The position numbers were made by a program, and so were the translations under genes. A DNA stretch of 32,000 bases from the NCBI RefSeq assembly GCF_060472895.1, contig NZ_CM192139.1; one strand, written 5' to 3'. Positions 18,934 to 28,261 of the stretch are shown here, one piece after another (position 1 is the first letter of the stretch; every line of letters begins with the position of its first letter). The notes below the pieces were generated by a model. It was not told the DNA's origin. It did not search any database and saw nothing but the letters and a program-made list of their open reading frames with translations.

Positions 18934-20337
18934 TTGATGTTTATTCCCTCCATTTACTTACACCAGCAGTTACATTATTGTAAGACAGCAATTCTCAACT
19001 GGAGCCGAAAAATGGCGCTTTCAAGACAAAAATTTACCTTCGAAAGACTTCGCAGATTCACCTTACCGGAAGGGAAAAAACAAACTTTTCTTTGGGATGC
19101 AGATGTAAAAACCCTGGCATGCCGAGCAACTAGCGGAGCAAAAGCCTTTGTATTCCAAAGCGTATATGCGGGGAAAACCCTTCGCATGACTATTGGCAAC
19201 ATTAACGACTGGAAGATTGATGATGCGAGAGCCGAGGCAAGACGGTTACAAACATTGATCGATACAGGGATAGATCCACGAATTGCTAAGGCTGTAAAAA
19301 TCGCAGAAGCAGAATCCCTGCAGGCAGAATCACGTAAAACAAAAGTGACTTTCTCCGTCGCCTGGGAAGACTATCTTCAAGAATTGAGAACCGGTATCAG
19401 TGCAAAAACTAAACGCCCATATTCTACTCGATACATTGCCGATCACATTAACTTGTCCAGTCGTGGAGGCGAAAGTAAAAAAAGAGGCCAAGGCCCGACT
19501 TCGGCTGGACCATTGGCTAGTTTGCTCAACCTGCCGTTATCGGAGCTAACCCCAGATTACATAGCAGCGTGGCTGAGTACAGAAAGGCAAAATAGACCTA
19601 CCGTCACTGCTCACGCTTATCGCCTACTACGTGCTTTCATCAAATGGAGTAATTATCAGAAAAAATATCAAGGGATCATTCCTGGCGATCTGGCACAAGA
19701 TTACAACGTAAGAAAAATGGTTCCCGTGTCAGCGAGTAAAGCTGATGATTGCCTGCAAAAGGAACAACTAAAAAGCTGGTTTAGTGCCGTGCGTAGCCTC
19801 AATAATCCTATTGCATCGGCCTATCTCCAAGTACTTTTGCTCACTGGTGCTCGGCGTGAAGAAATTGCGTCGCTTCGCTGGTCAGACGTAGATTTCAAAT
19901 GGTCAAGCATGCGAATTAAAGACAAGATCGAAGGTGAACGTATCATCCCTCTCACTCCTTATGTTTCTGAATTGTTAAATGTACTAGCGCAATCCCCAAA
20001 TTCTGACGTAAATAAGGAGGGTTGGGTTTTCAGAAGTAACAGTAAAAGTGGCAAAATTATTGAGCCGCGTTCAGCGCACAACAGAGCGTTAGTGCTGGCT
20101 GAGTTACCACATATCAGCCTTCACGGTTTACGTCGTAGTTTTGGTACTTTGGCCGAGTGGGTTGAAGTTCCCACTGGTATTGTTGCTCAAATTATGGGAC
20201 ACAAACCCAGCGCTCTTGCCGAAAAACACTATCGCCGTCGTCCGTTAGATCTGTTACGAAAATGGCACGAGAAAATTGAGACATGGATCTTAAATGAAGC
20301 AGGTATTACCATAAAAAACAACGTTGATATGCGTTGA
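18934..20337 (+). CDS. intF: CP4-6-type tyrosine recombinase/integrase; ATG 19012 is an alternative start
   Basis: DUF4102-like N-terminus and tyrosine recombinase motifs (TGARREEIASLRWSDVD, HGLRRSFGTLAEW, IMGHKPSALAEKHYRRR). Size and following gene order match K-12 CP4-6 intF. Confidence 0.88.
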   Translation: MMFIPSIYLHQQLHYCKTAILNWSRKMALSRQKFTFERLRRFTLPEGKKQTFLWDADVKTLACRATSGAKAFVFQSVYAGKTLRMTIGNINDWKIDDARAEARRLQTLIDTGIDPRIAKAVKIAEAESLQAESRKTKVTFSVAWEDYLQELRTGISAKTKRPYSTRYIADHINLSSRGGESKKRGQGPTSAGPLASLLNLPLSELTPDYIAAWLSTERQNRPTVTAHAYRLLRAFIKWSNYQKKYQGIIPGDLAQDYNVRKMVPVSASKADDCLQKEQLKSWFSAVRSLNNPIASAYLQVLLLTGARREEIASLRWSDVDFKWSSMRIKDKIEGERIIPLTPYVSELLNVLAQSPNSDVNKEGWVFRSNSKSGKIIEPRSAHNRALVLAELPHISLHGLRRSFGTLAEWVEVPTGIVAQIMGHKPSALAEKHYRRRPLDLLRKWHEKIETWILNEAGITIKNNVDMR

Positions 20338-20453
20338 TTCCATTAAAAATCAACATATTACAAAATATCATCAACTATTGATCAAGATAGATTTTCATGT
20401 ATCGTAATACACAGTTTAGTCAATGATACAGCAACTACACAGGAGATAAGCCA

Positions 20454-20894
20454 ATGGCAACCACAGCAACTGTATCCATAGAACCCACTCTGGCAGCTAT
20501 CAGAGCTCGCTGGTGTATTAATTCAAGTAAAACAACTCAATCCTTTAACGATCCTGCGTCCATGGAAGAGGTTGTCGAGTATCTCAAAGGAACATACTCA
20601 GCTCTTCGCAAGTCTGTCGCATGCGCCAAACTGAAAATTTTACATCTTAAACAAAGAATGCAAAATGCTACTAACTTTCTCGCGCGTCTGATGTCATGTA
20701 AAAATCAGGCATCCAGATCGCATCACAGTACGGCTAAATCAGCTAAAAGTGCCTTATCATCAGATTCAGGTGATGGTAGTGACCCCGATCCCGAGCCCGA
20801 AACGTTTCCTTCTGCCTTCATTACTACCCCTACTAATTCAATAATGCTTAAAGCTTTCTTTGCCAATATCTCAATCACTGAGGTGGCAAAATGA
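20454..20894 (+). CDS. yagN: CP4-6 prophage protein YagN-like
   Basis: 146-aa ORF following intF. Size and order match K-12 yagN as recalled. Confidence 0.75.
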   Translation: MATTATVSIEPTLAAIRARWCINSSKTTQSFNDPASMEEVVEYLKGTYSALRKSVACAKLKILHLKQRMQNATNFLARLMSCKNQASRSHHSTAKSAKSALSSDSGDGSDPDPEPETFPSAFITTPTNSIMLKAFFANISITEVAK

Positions 20895-21115
20895 GCGCAT
20901 TCAAACTCCCGGATACATCTCAATCACAGCTCATTTCAACAGCTGAGTTAGCTAAAATCATTAGCTACAAATCTCAAACCATTCGTAAATGGCTTTGTCA
21001 GGACAAATTGCCTGAGGGGCTACCTCGCCCAAAACAAATCAATGGCCGCCATTACTGGTTACGTAAAGATGTCCTCGATTTTATAGATACATTTTCTGTA
21101 CGAGAAAGTCTGTAA
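20891..21115 (+). CDS. Small HTH (AlpA/MerR-like) DNA-binding protein
   Basis: LISTAELAKIISYKSQTIRKWLCQDKLPEGLPRPKQINGRHYWLRKDVLDFI. Overlaps the yagN stop by 4 nt (ATGA). Confidence 0.8.
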   Translation: MSAFKLPDTSQSQLISTAELAKIISYKSQTIRKWLCQDKLPEGLPRPKQINGRHYWLRKDVLDFIDTFSVRESL

Positions 21116-21233
21116 TAAATTACAGATTTAATTTTATTGATTTATAGCGATGTTGCCCCGAGAAAAATGGGGCAACACTGAGAAATTTCAGATAGTAGTT
21201 TTATATTGAGATAACAAAGAGGTTTCCTTAAAA

Positions 21234-22088
21234 ATGTCTAATAGTGTTACTAATTTTGAGATGAGCAGCGTTCTACCAGGAAAAAAACCTTGTCAAGGCA
21301 AAAACAATGAGTCACAGGTAGTACAGACTACTCCCATAAAAAAACACTCAGTCACGTTCAAAAATCAATCTTCATTAGGAGTAATTGATCATTATGCCAG
21401 ACTAACAAATAAATCTCACTCTTCCGTAATAGCGGAAGTTGTGGATTTGGCTATCCCTATATTAGAAAAATGCAATCGTCATAACTGGTCAATAAATGAA
21501 ATAAAAAATGACCTGTTAAAGTTCTCTATAAAAGAAAGCATCAATCGAAGCCGAGGTAAAACAGAAGTAACTCTGGAAGAGTACTGTTCGTTAATCTGGA
21601 AAACGAACATCATGAGTCCATTAAAAATCCCCATTGCAGATTACTTTCAACTGAACGCTAATGATGAATTCATGGGGAAAGATGAAAAAACAGTTATACG
21701 TGAAAGGCTATCCTCGCTAAGGGAAAATTACGATATGGAAAAAACCATTTACATTTACAATCAAAGACATTTTGATGTAAAGCATCAAAGTGTCTCAGGA
21801 TATTCAAACATTATTCTTATTCATAGAACAACCTTTGAGGGTTATTACTTTGATGCCGGGCAGGCTCTACTCTTGTCAACATCCCAATTGATTATATTCG
21901 GGATAAATGAAGTTCTTAGAAGAAAGGGGATTGTTATGCCTTATCCGGTTGTTTGTTGGATTGATATTTACCATGTCAATGAAATGGTGGTTATGCTGCC
22001 AGTGCTCCGCAAAACAGATGTTTCCAACCGTGTTAATGTACCGGATGACATCATTATAAACCCATACTCACAAGAGAGCAGAACCTAA
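21234..22088 (+). CDS. yagM: CP4-6 prophage protein YagM-like
   Basis: 284-aa ORF in the intF-yagN-yagM-yagL-yagK order. Size agrees with K-12 YagM as recalled. Confidence 0.75.
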   Translation: MSNSVTNFEMSSVLPGKKPCQGKNNESQVVQTTPIKKHSVTFKNQSSLGVIDHYARLTNKSHSSVIAEVVDLAIPILEKCNRHNWSINEIKNDLLKFSIKESINRSRGKTEVTLEEYCSLIWKTNIMSPLKIPIADYFQLNANDEFMGKDEKTVIRERLSSLRENYDMEKTIYIYNQRHFDVKHQSVSGYSNIILIHRTTFEGYYFDAGQALLLSTSQLIIFGINEVLRRKGIVMPYPVVCWIDIYHVNEMVVMLPVLRKTDVSNRVNVPDDIIINPYSQESRT

Positions 22089-22114
22089 GAGGTAACAAAG
22101 AAGGACAAACAATT

Positions 22115-22813
22115 ATGAGAGGTAAAATACTACTTTACCAGTTAAAGTATCGCTGGCAATCACTCTCTATTTTTGGTTGTTTTTTATGCAAAATGACATT
22201 ATTCAGGTATCAAAAAATAATTTATGACACCGGAGTGCATCAGATGCGTTCATTTTTTTACACCATATGCAGTAGCGAACAGCAAGAAAGCATTACAGAT
22301 CATCACTCACTTGCTGAGATATGCCAAAAATTTAATATTCTATCTGAACATGTTGTGATCGAGCGGGTAGATATTAAAGAGGTTGTTTCAGAGCAACGTT
22401 TACTCAGACAATTGATTCATCATGAAATGAACCGGCAGGACACGCTTGTAATTCCAGATCTAAGCTGTCTTGGCAGAACTGTGGAGGATTTACAGAATAT
22501 TTTATTTTTTTGCCTTCAAAAAGAAATATTTATCTACAGCTACCATCCAGCTTCAAGGATAGAGCCTTCTGCTGAAAGTTGCTTGTCTTTTTTGATTGCT
22601 CGTCAGGATACGATTGACATTCACAATCTGAAATCAACTAAAAGCCGATATCGACATGTTAAGAAGAAATTAGGACGAAAGGAGGGAAGCAAATACCGAC
22701 GTGATATCACAATACTTAAGAAAGGTGGATTTACTCAGGCTGAGATTGCAAAGAAATTGAGTATCAGTTTATCGACTGTGAAGCGGCACTGGAATAACGG
22801 AATCATCGGTTAA
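22115..22813 (+). CDS. yagL: Serine-recombinase-like DNA-binding protein YagL
   Basis: 232 aa. A resolvase-like N-terminal region (SFFYTICSSEQQ...DTLVIPDLSCLGRTVEDL) and a C-terminal resolvase HTH (GRKEGSKYRRDITILKKGGFTQAEIAKKLSISLSTVKRHW). Position matches CP4-6. Confidence 0.82.
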   Translation: MRGKILLYQLKYRWQSLSIFGCFLCKMTLFRYQKIIYDTGVHQMRSFFYTICSSEQQESITDHHSLAEICQKFNILSEHVVIERVDIKEVVSEQRLLRQLIHHEMNRQDTLVIPDLSCLGRTVEDLQNILFFCLQKEIFIYSYHPASRIEPSAESCLSFLIARQDTIDIHNLKSTKSRYRHVKKKLGRKEGSKYRRDITILKKGGFTQAEIAKKLSISLSTVKRHWNNGIIG

Positions 22814-22917
22814 TTCCAGAAGCTAATTGCAGAGTAACTTTTTAACAGCCATCACAGGCTGGGGCTACCTTCGTCTCAAATTTAGATGTTGGATAGGTAT
22901 TATATAATGGCATTGTG

Positions 22918-23082
22918 TACTCTTACTACCTGTATTCACCAGTAAGAGTAGTAATCAGATCAGTATGTCCGTACTAAAATCTGATACCAGTATATACCGA
23001 CAACAGTGACCAGGAATAGCCCTGCCTGTATGGCATCCCTGTACGGTCTGCTATAGACCGTAGGACCAAATACAGGTATATA
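22918..23082. repeat. Cluster of nested inverted repeats immediately upstream of yagK
   Basis: tactcttact/agtaagagta (22918-22927 / 22941-22950); atcagat/atctgat (22954-22960 / 22979-22985) with inner agta/tact; tatatacc/ggtatata (22991-22998 / 23075-23082) enclosing cctgtat/atacagg and acggtct/agaccgt. Confidence 0.8.
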
Positions 23083-23084
23083 TT

Positions 23085-23711
23085 ATGAAAACATATCAAG
23101 GTACTCATGGAGTACATATCCTCGAATATCAGAGTAAGATTAATAAATTATTATGTTATTTGACTAACCGGTATCCTAGGTTAATTGCTGTACGTGTCGA
23201 TCTCCACTATCCCAAAATAGTTGATAACGGTGACAATATCTGTTGCTTCCCTAACCTGGAACCTGGGGTGATATCCCGGATGCGTGAATCCCTCAGAGCT
23301 AAGCTGGAGGCTGACCGTACCCGTAAGGTGCGTGAGGATAAACGCATTTACCGTTGCCCTTTATTTATTATATGGGCGAAAGAGTATTCTGAATCAGGTA
23401 AATGCCACTATCACATTTGCCTGTTGTTCAACAAAGACGCTTACTACCACCTCGGGGATTACGATCAGGACGATAACCTTAGAGGGATGATCACAGGAGC
23501 CTGGTACAGCGCCCTGAGACTGGAGAGAGACGATCACCCTGGTCTGGTCCATTTTCCTGAAAACTGTAAGTATGTGCTAGACACCAATAGTACTGACTTC
23601 CAGCAGAACTACCAGGCGCTGTTAACCCGACTGGACTACCTGACCAAAGTTGAAAGCAAAGTGTTTGGTGAAGGAGACCGTAACTTCGGCTGTAGCCAAA
23701 TCGAACTGTAA
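23085..23711 (+). CDS. yagK: YagK/YfjJ-family protein (inovirus Gp2 family)
   Basis: 208 aa: MKTYQGTHGVHILEYQSKINKLLCYLTNRYPRLIAVRVDLHYP...FIIWAKEYSESGKCHYHICLLFNKDAYYHLG, a YagK/YfjJ signature. Confidence 0.88.
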   Translation: MKTYQGTHGVHILEYQSKINKLLCYLTNRYPRLIAVRVDLHYPKIVDNGDNICCFPNLEPGVISRMRESLRAKLEADRTRKVREDKRIYRCPLFIIWAKEYSESGKCHYHICLLFNKDAYYHLGDYDQDDNLRGMITGAWYSALRLERDDHPGLVHFPENCKYVLDTNSTDFQQNYQALLTRLDYLTKVESKVFGEGDRNFGCSQIEL

Positions 23712-23801
23712 GTCGGTAATGGCCTTCTCAGTGAGAAGGCCTTATTTGTATTGTTTCAAAAAATTACTAAAATGCAGTTTCGTTACGCAATTTTCTATAG
23801 A

Positions 23802-25058
23802 TTACTGATAGTCATCAGCAAGTCCGCTACTAAATAACGTTTCTGCATTTTCAGCGGTAGCAACAGCATCCTGCACATCCTGCCGTTTCAAATCTAACAC
23901 TCGTAATTTACCCTTTACTTCGGCGATAGATTCGATTCGCCTGTAAGCATCAGAATGATGTTCGGCATATAGCGCAAGTCCTTCCAGTTTGGGCAAAGCA
24001 TCAGCCAGATGTAGGCTATGTGGATCTACCAGGTCCACAACCATTTTGCCATCCTGTTCGGCAAAGAACAGGAAATCGGGACGAACAATCTTGTACTGTT
24101 CAGCTTCAACATAAGCGATTCCCAGTGACGACTGCCCTGTGTACTGTGGATTACGATACCAGAAAGCAAATCCTTCACGTTTGGTTTCGATCTCAAAAAC
24201 CTTGGTTTCCCAATGGTTCAACAGAGCCGGATAGTTCCCGCTTTCGTCACACAACAAATGGTGTTTCCAGACTGGAAGGTCAGCTTCCTTTTCACCTTCA
24301 CGCACCCTGGTCATTTCAAACTTGTTCGCCGGCCTGACCAGATCCACATCCTGCGGTTCGGTACTCATTTCGATGATTTGACGATAGGCCTCTTTACGCT
24401 CATCTTTCAACGACTTGATTTGCGGTGTGTACTCGGCCAGCCACGCCTTCGCCAGTCTATCGGCCTCGCCATCGAAGTAATCCTGCACCTCCATCACCAG
24501 CCCCATGCCAGCAACGGTAACACGAGCCTCCATGATTGCTTCCAGATATTCCTCTGCATCCTCTTCTCGAGCCGCAACCTTATCGGCCAGATATTCGACA
24601 TAGGTACGTGAAACATCCGGGCTGAAAATTCGGGCTGCACGCCGGTAGGCGTCATCAATCACCGTTACGTCCGCCTCCTCCCAGAATTCGTTGAAGGTCA
24701 TTGCTTTGTTCTTGAGGCTGGCAACCACAGCCTTACCATCTACGACGAGCACTGCATTGCGTTTGTTTTTGATTTTCTCGGCATTTTCTATCTGGAACTT
24801 GTCCAGAACAGCGTGCAAAGCAGCATGGGCTTTCCTGACTGCCCCATCAAGAATACCGTCATCAACCAGTTCCTGTGCCAGCGCGGTCAGACGTCTGGCA
24901 GGTCTGGCTCCTTTCTGTGGTCGGGTTTGCGAAGGTAGCGCTTCAAATGCTTCCCATACTTCAGCTGAAGCAGCCGGGTTAGGTTTCATCTCCACAGGGT
25001 TAACCAGGATGCGTCCGCTTGGAGGAGAGGTATCATCGCCCTTAAACAAGGTATTGAC
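23802..25058 (-). pseudogene. C-terminal portion of a large helicase/restriction-like protein (type III Res-like), 5' end removed at IS1
   Basis: 415 aa abutting IS1 at 25059 and ending ...QYKIVRPDFLFFAEQDGKMVVDLVDPHSLHLADALPKLEGLALYAEHHSDAYRRIESIAEVKGKLRVLDL. Resembles the C-terminus of restriction-helicase proteins. No N-terminal helicase motifs are present. Confidence 0.6.
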
Positions 25059-25113
25059 GGTGATGCTGCCAACTTACTGATTTAGTGTATGATGGTGTTT
25101 TTGAGGTGCTCCA

Positions 25114-25389
25114 GTGGCTTCTGTTTCTATCAGCTGTCCCTCCTGTTCAGCTACTGACGGGGTGGTGCGTAACGGCAAAAGCACTGCCGGACATCAGCGC
25201 TATCTCTGCTCTCACTGCCGTAAAACATGGCAACTGCAGTTCACTTACACCGCTTCTCAACCCGGTACGCACCAGAAAATCATTGATATGGCCATGAATG
25301 GCGTTGGATGCCGGGCAACCGCCCGCATTATGGGCGTTGGCCTCAACACGATTTTCCGCCATTTAAAAAACTCAGGCCGCAGTCGGTAA
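25114..25389 (+). CDS. insA: IS1 protein InsA
   Basis: 91-aa InsA. Confidence 0.97.
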   Translation: MASVSISCPSCSATDGVVRNGKSTAGHQRYLCSHCRKTWQLQFTYTASQPGTHQKIIDMAMNGVGCRATARIMGVGLNTIFRHLKNSGRSR

Positions 25390-25811
25390 CCTCGCGCATA
25401 CAGCCGGGCAGTGACGTCATCGTCTGCGCGGAAATGGACGAACAGTGGGGATACGTCGGGGCTAAATCGCGCCAGCGCTGGCTGTTTTACGCGTATGACA
25501 GGCTCCGGAAGACGGTTGTTGCGCACGTATTCGGTGAACGCACTATGGCGACGCTGGGGCGTCTTATGAGCCTGCTGTCACCCTTTGACGTGGTGATATG
25601 GATGACGGATGGCTGGCCGCTGTATGAATCCCGCCTGAAGGGAAAGCTGCACGTAATCAGCAAGCGATATACGCAGCGAATTGAGCGGCATAACCTGAAT
25701 CTGAGGCAGCACCTGGCACGGCTGGGACGGAAGTCGCTGTCGTTCTCAAAATCGGTGGAGCAGCATGACAAAGTCATCGGGCATTATCTGAACATAAAAC
25801 GCTATCAATAA
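25308..25811 (+). CDS. insB: IS1 transposase InsB reading frame
   Basis: 167-aa InsB. Confidence 0.95.
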   Translation: MPGNRPHYGRWPQHDFPPFKKLRPQSVTSRIQPGSDVIVCAEMDEQWGYVGAKSRQRWLFYAYDRLRKTVVAHVFGERTMATLGRLMSLLSPFDVVIWMTDGWPLYESRLKGKLHVISKRYTQRIERHNLNLRQHLARLGRKSLSFSKSVEQHDKVIGHYLNIKRYQ

Positions 25812-25826
25812 GTTGGAGTCATTACC

Positions 25827-26175
25827 GGGCCAAATCGATAAATCGCTCGATGAAGCCTCACTCAGCCTGCGCGCCGGTTCCCTGCGTACCATTACGCACA
25901 TCCTGCTGCCGCTGCTGCGCCCGGCGATCCTCTCGGCGCTGATTTACAGCTTTGTGCGCGCCATTACCACCGTCAGCGCCATTGTGTTCCTCGTCACGCC
26001 GGATACCCGCGTAGCGACGGCTTACATCCTCAACCGCGTGGAAGATGGCGAATACGGTGTAGCGATTGCCTACGGTTCCATTCTGATCGTGGTGATGCTG
26101 GCGATTATTTTCATCTTTGACTGGCTGATCGGTGAATCACGTACCTCCCGTTCAAAAGCCAAAAACCAGGCGTAA
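25827..26175 (+). pseudogene. afuB: C-terminal fragment of a ferric/phosphosugar-type ABC permease (afuB)
   Basis: GQIDKSLDEASLSLRAGSLRTITHILLPLLRPAILSALIYSFVRAITTVSAIVFLV, an inner-membrane permease EAA region. The N-terminus is missing at IS1. The tracked start at 25813 lies inside IS1. Confidence 0.9.
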
Positions 26176-26186
26176 TGGAGCGCACT

Positions 26187-27220
26187 ATGACTCAGAAAAA
26201 TTTCGTTGAACTGCGCAACGTCACTAAACGATTTGGCAGTAATACGGTAATCGACAATATCAACCTCACCATCCCGCAGGGGCAAATGGTGACGCTGCTC
26301 GGCCCGTCCGGCTGCGGCAAAATCACTATTTTGCGCCTGGTTGCCGGGCTGGAAAAACCGAGTGAAGGGCAAATTTTCATTGATGGCGAAGACGTCACCC
26401 ATCGCTCTATTCAGCAGCGCGATATCTGTATGGTGTTTCAGTCCTATGCCCTGTTCCCGCATATGTCGCTGGGAGAGAATGTCGGTTATGGCCTGAAAAT
26501 GCTCGGCGTACCGCGCGCAGAGCTGAAAGCCCGCGTCAAAGAGGCGTTGGCGATGGTGGATCTGGAAGGATTCGAAGACCGCTTTGTCGATCAGATCTCC
26601 GGCGGGCAGCAGCAGCGCGTGGCGCTGGCCCGCGCGCTGATCCTCAAGCCGAAAGTGCTGCTGTTTGATGAGCCGTTGAGTAACCTCGACGCCAACCTGC
26701 GTCGCAGCATGCGCGACAAGATCCGCGAGTTGCAAAAGCAGTTTGATATCACCTCGCTGTACGTCACCCACGATCAGAGCGAAGCCTTTGCGGTTTCTGA
26801 TACTGTGCTGGTGATGAACAAGGGACACATCATGCAGATCGGCTCACCGCAGGATCTTTACCGCCAGCCCGCCTCCCGCTTTATGGCGAGCTTTATGGGC
26901 GATGCCAACCTGTTCCCGGCAACCTTCAGCGACGGATACGTTGATATCTACGGCTATCATCTGCCGCGCCCGCTGCACTTTGGTACACAGGGTGAAGGGA
27001 TGGTCGGTGTGCGCCCGGAAGCGATCGCGGCGAAGAGAGCCAGCGCTGCGTGATCCGCCATGTCGCCTATATGGGGCCGCAGTATGAAGTGACGGTGGAA
27101 TGGCACGGGCAGGAGATATTATTGCAGGTCAACGCTACGCGTCTGCAACCGGACGTCGGCGAGCAGTATTATCTTGAAATCCATCCGTACGGCATGTTTG
27201 TTCTGGCGGATGCGGCATAA
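26187..27220 (+). pseudogene. afuC: ABC transporter ATPase AfuC with a frameshift near the C-terminus
   Basis: The full ATPase core is present (LSGGQ-like [22 protein letters not shown]-loop), but the frame changes after GVRPEAI and stops at 27053. The expected continuation ([65 protein letters not shown]) is in another frame to 27220. Confidence 0.88.
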
Positions 27221-27234
27221 CGTTTTGTGGTTTT

Positions 27235-27303
27235 GTAGGCCGGATAAGGCGCTTGTGCCGCCATCCGGCAATGCCTGATGCGCTGCGCTTATCAGGCCTA
27301 CAA
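27235..27303. repeat. REP/BIME element
   Basis: gtaggccggataaggcgcttgtgccgccatccggcaatgcctgatgcgctgcgcttatcaggcctac, the classic enterobacterial REP palindrome pair, between convergent afuC and mmuM. Confidence 0.95.
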
Positions 27304-27328
27304 TGAACGATGTAGACCCGATAAACCC

Positions 27329-28261
27329 TCAGCTTCGCGCTTTTAACGCGGCGATATCCGCAGGCGTGGTGCGACAGCACCCGCCAATCAACCGTGCGCC
27401 AGCGGCCTGCCACTGCGGCAGATAATCCGCCAGCTGCGCGCAATGTTCACCGTGATGATGCCAGGTTTTGCTCACGGCATCGTAATGCTCGCCCGAGTTC
27501 GGATACACCACCAGCGGCAGCACCGTTAAACCGTGTAAATGCTGCAACGCAGCGGTGGTGTTTTCCAGCGCAATACAGTTAATGCCTAGCGCCACCACCT
27601 GCGGATAACCCGCCAGCAACGCAACCACGTCACGCAGCGGCGTACCGTCGCTCAGGTGTTCGCTGTCGCGCAGGGTAAATGAGAACCACGCCCGCGCACG
27701 CGGATATGCGGTCAACAGCTCGGCCAACGCCTCAATCTCGGAAAAATTCGGCAGGGTTTCGCAGGCCAGCAGATCGGCCCCGGCATCCAGCAAGGCTTCC
27801 ACGCGCGGGCGATGAAACGCCTGAAATGCCTCAACGCTACAATGATAATCGCCACGGTATTCAGAGCCATCCGCCAGATACGCGCCGTAAGGCCCGACGG
27901 ATCCCGCCACCAGAAGCGTTCCCGCCTGCGGGTTCTCTGCCAGATACGCTTCACGGGCTTTACGCGCCAGCTCCACGCTTTTGCCAATCAGCGCTTTCGA
28001 CTGCGCTTCATCCAGACCTCGCGCGGCGAAGCCCGCCGGCGTCGCCTGATAGCTGGCAGTGATCGCGCATTGCGCCCCCGCCCGGTAGTAATCAAGATGC
28101 ACTTCGCGGATAAGCTCCGGGTTTTCTACCAGCACTTTGGCTGACCACAGGCTGTCGGCTAAGTTACACCCTCGCGCTTCCAGCTCCGTCGCCATCGCGC
28201 CATCCAGCAGCAGGATATCCTGTTTATCAAGAAGAGCGCGTAACGGATTATTCTGCGACAT
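27329..28261 (-). CDS. mmuM: Homocysteine S-methyltransferase
   Basis: 310 aa from [31 protein letters not shown] to [16 protein letters not shown], with the GGCC zinc-binding motif. ATG at 28261. Confidence 0.95.
   Translation of the reverse strand: MSQNNPLRALLDKQDILLLDGAMATELEARGCNLADSLWSAKVLVENPELIREVHLDYYRAGAQCAITASYQATPAGFAARGLDEAQSKALIGKSVELARKAREAYLAENPQAGTLLVAGSVGPYGAYLADGSEYRGDYHCSVEAFQAFHRPRVEALLDAGADLLACETLPNFSEIEALAELLTAYPRARAWFSFTLRDSEHLSDGTPLRDVVALLAGYPQVVALGINCIALENTTAALQHLHGLTVLPLVVYPNSGEHYDAVSKTWHHHGEHCAQLADYLPQWQAAGARLIGGCCRTTPADIAALKARS

Larger units (their letters stand above)
25059..25826 (+). mobile_element. IS1, complete 768 bp, no obvious target duplication
   Basis: ggtgatgctgcc at 25059 to attacc at 25826. 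Flanks tattgacg and gggccaaa differ. Confidence 0.97.

Noticed and set aside
22918-23082. Retron msr/msd or CRISPR array interpretation of the repeated structures
   Set aside because: No reverse transcriptase or cas gene in the window, and no regular spacer-repeat periodicity. Kept only as a structured region of unknown role.
24020-25080. Plus-strand ORFs opposite the helicase-like fragment
   Set aside because: Antisense shadows. The last one even crosses into IS1.
26070-26828. 252-aa minus-strand ORF opposite afuC
   Set aside because: Antisense shadow of an ABC ATPase with high GC. Translation is histidine/glutamine-rich with no family features.
27235-27303. Possible small RNA or terminator
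   Set aside because: It is a recognisable REP/BIME palindrome pair, so no novel RNA is claimed.
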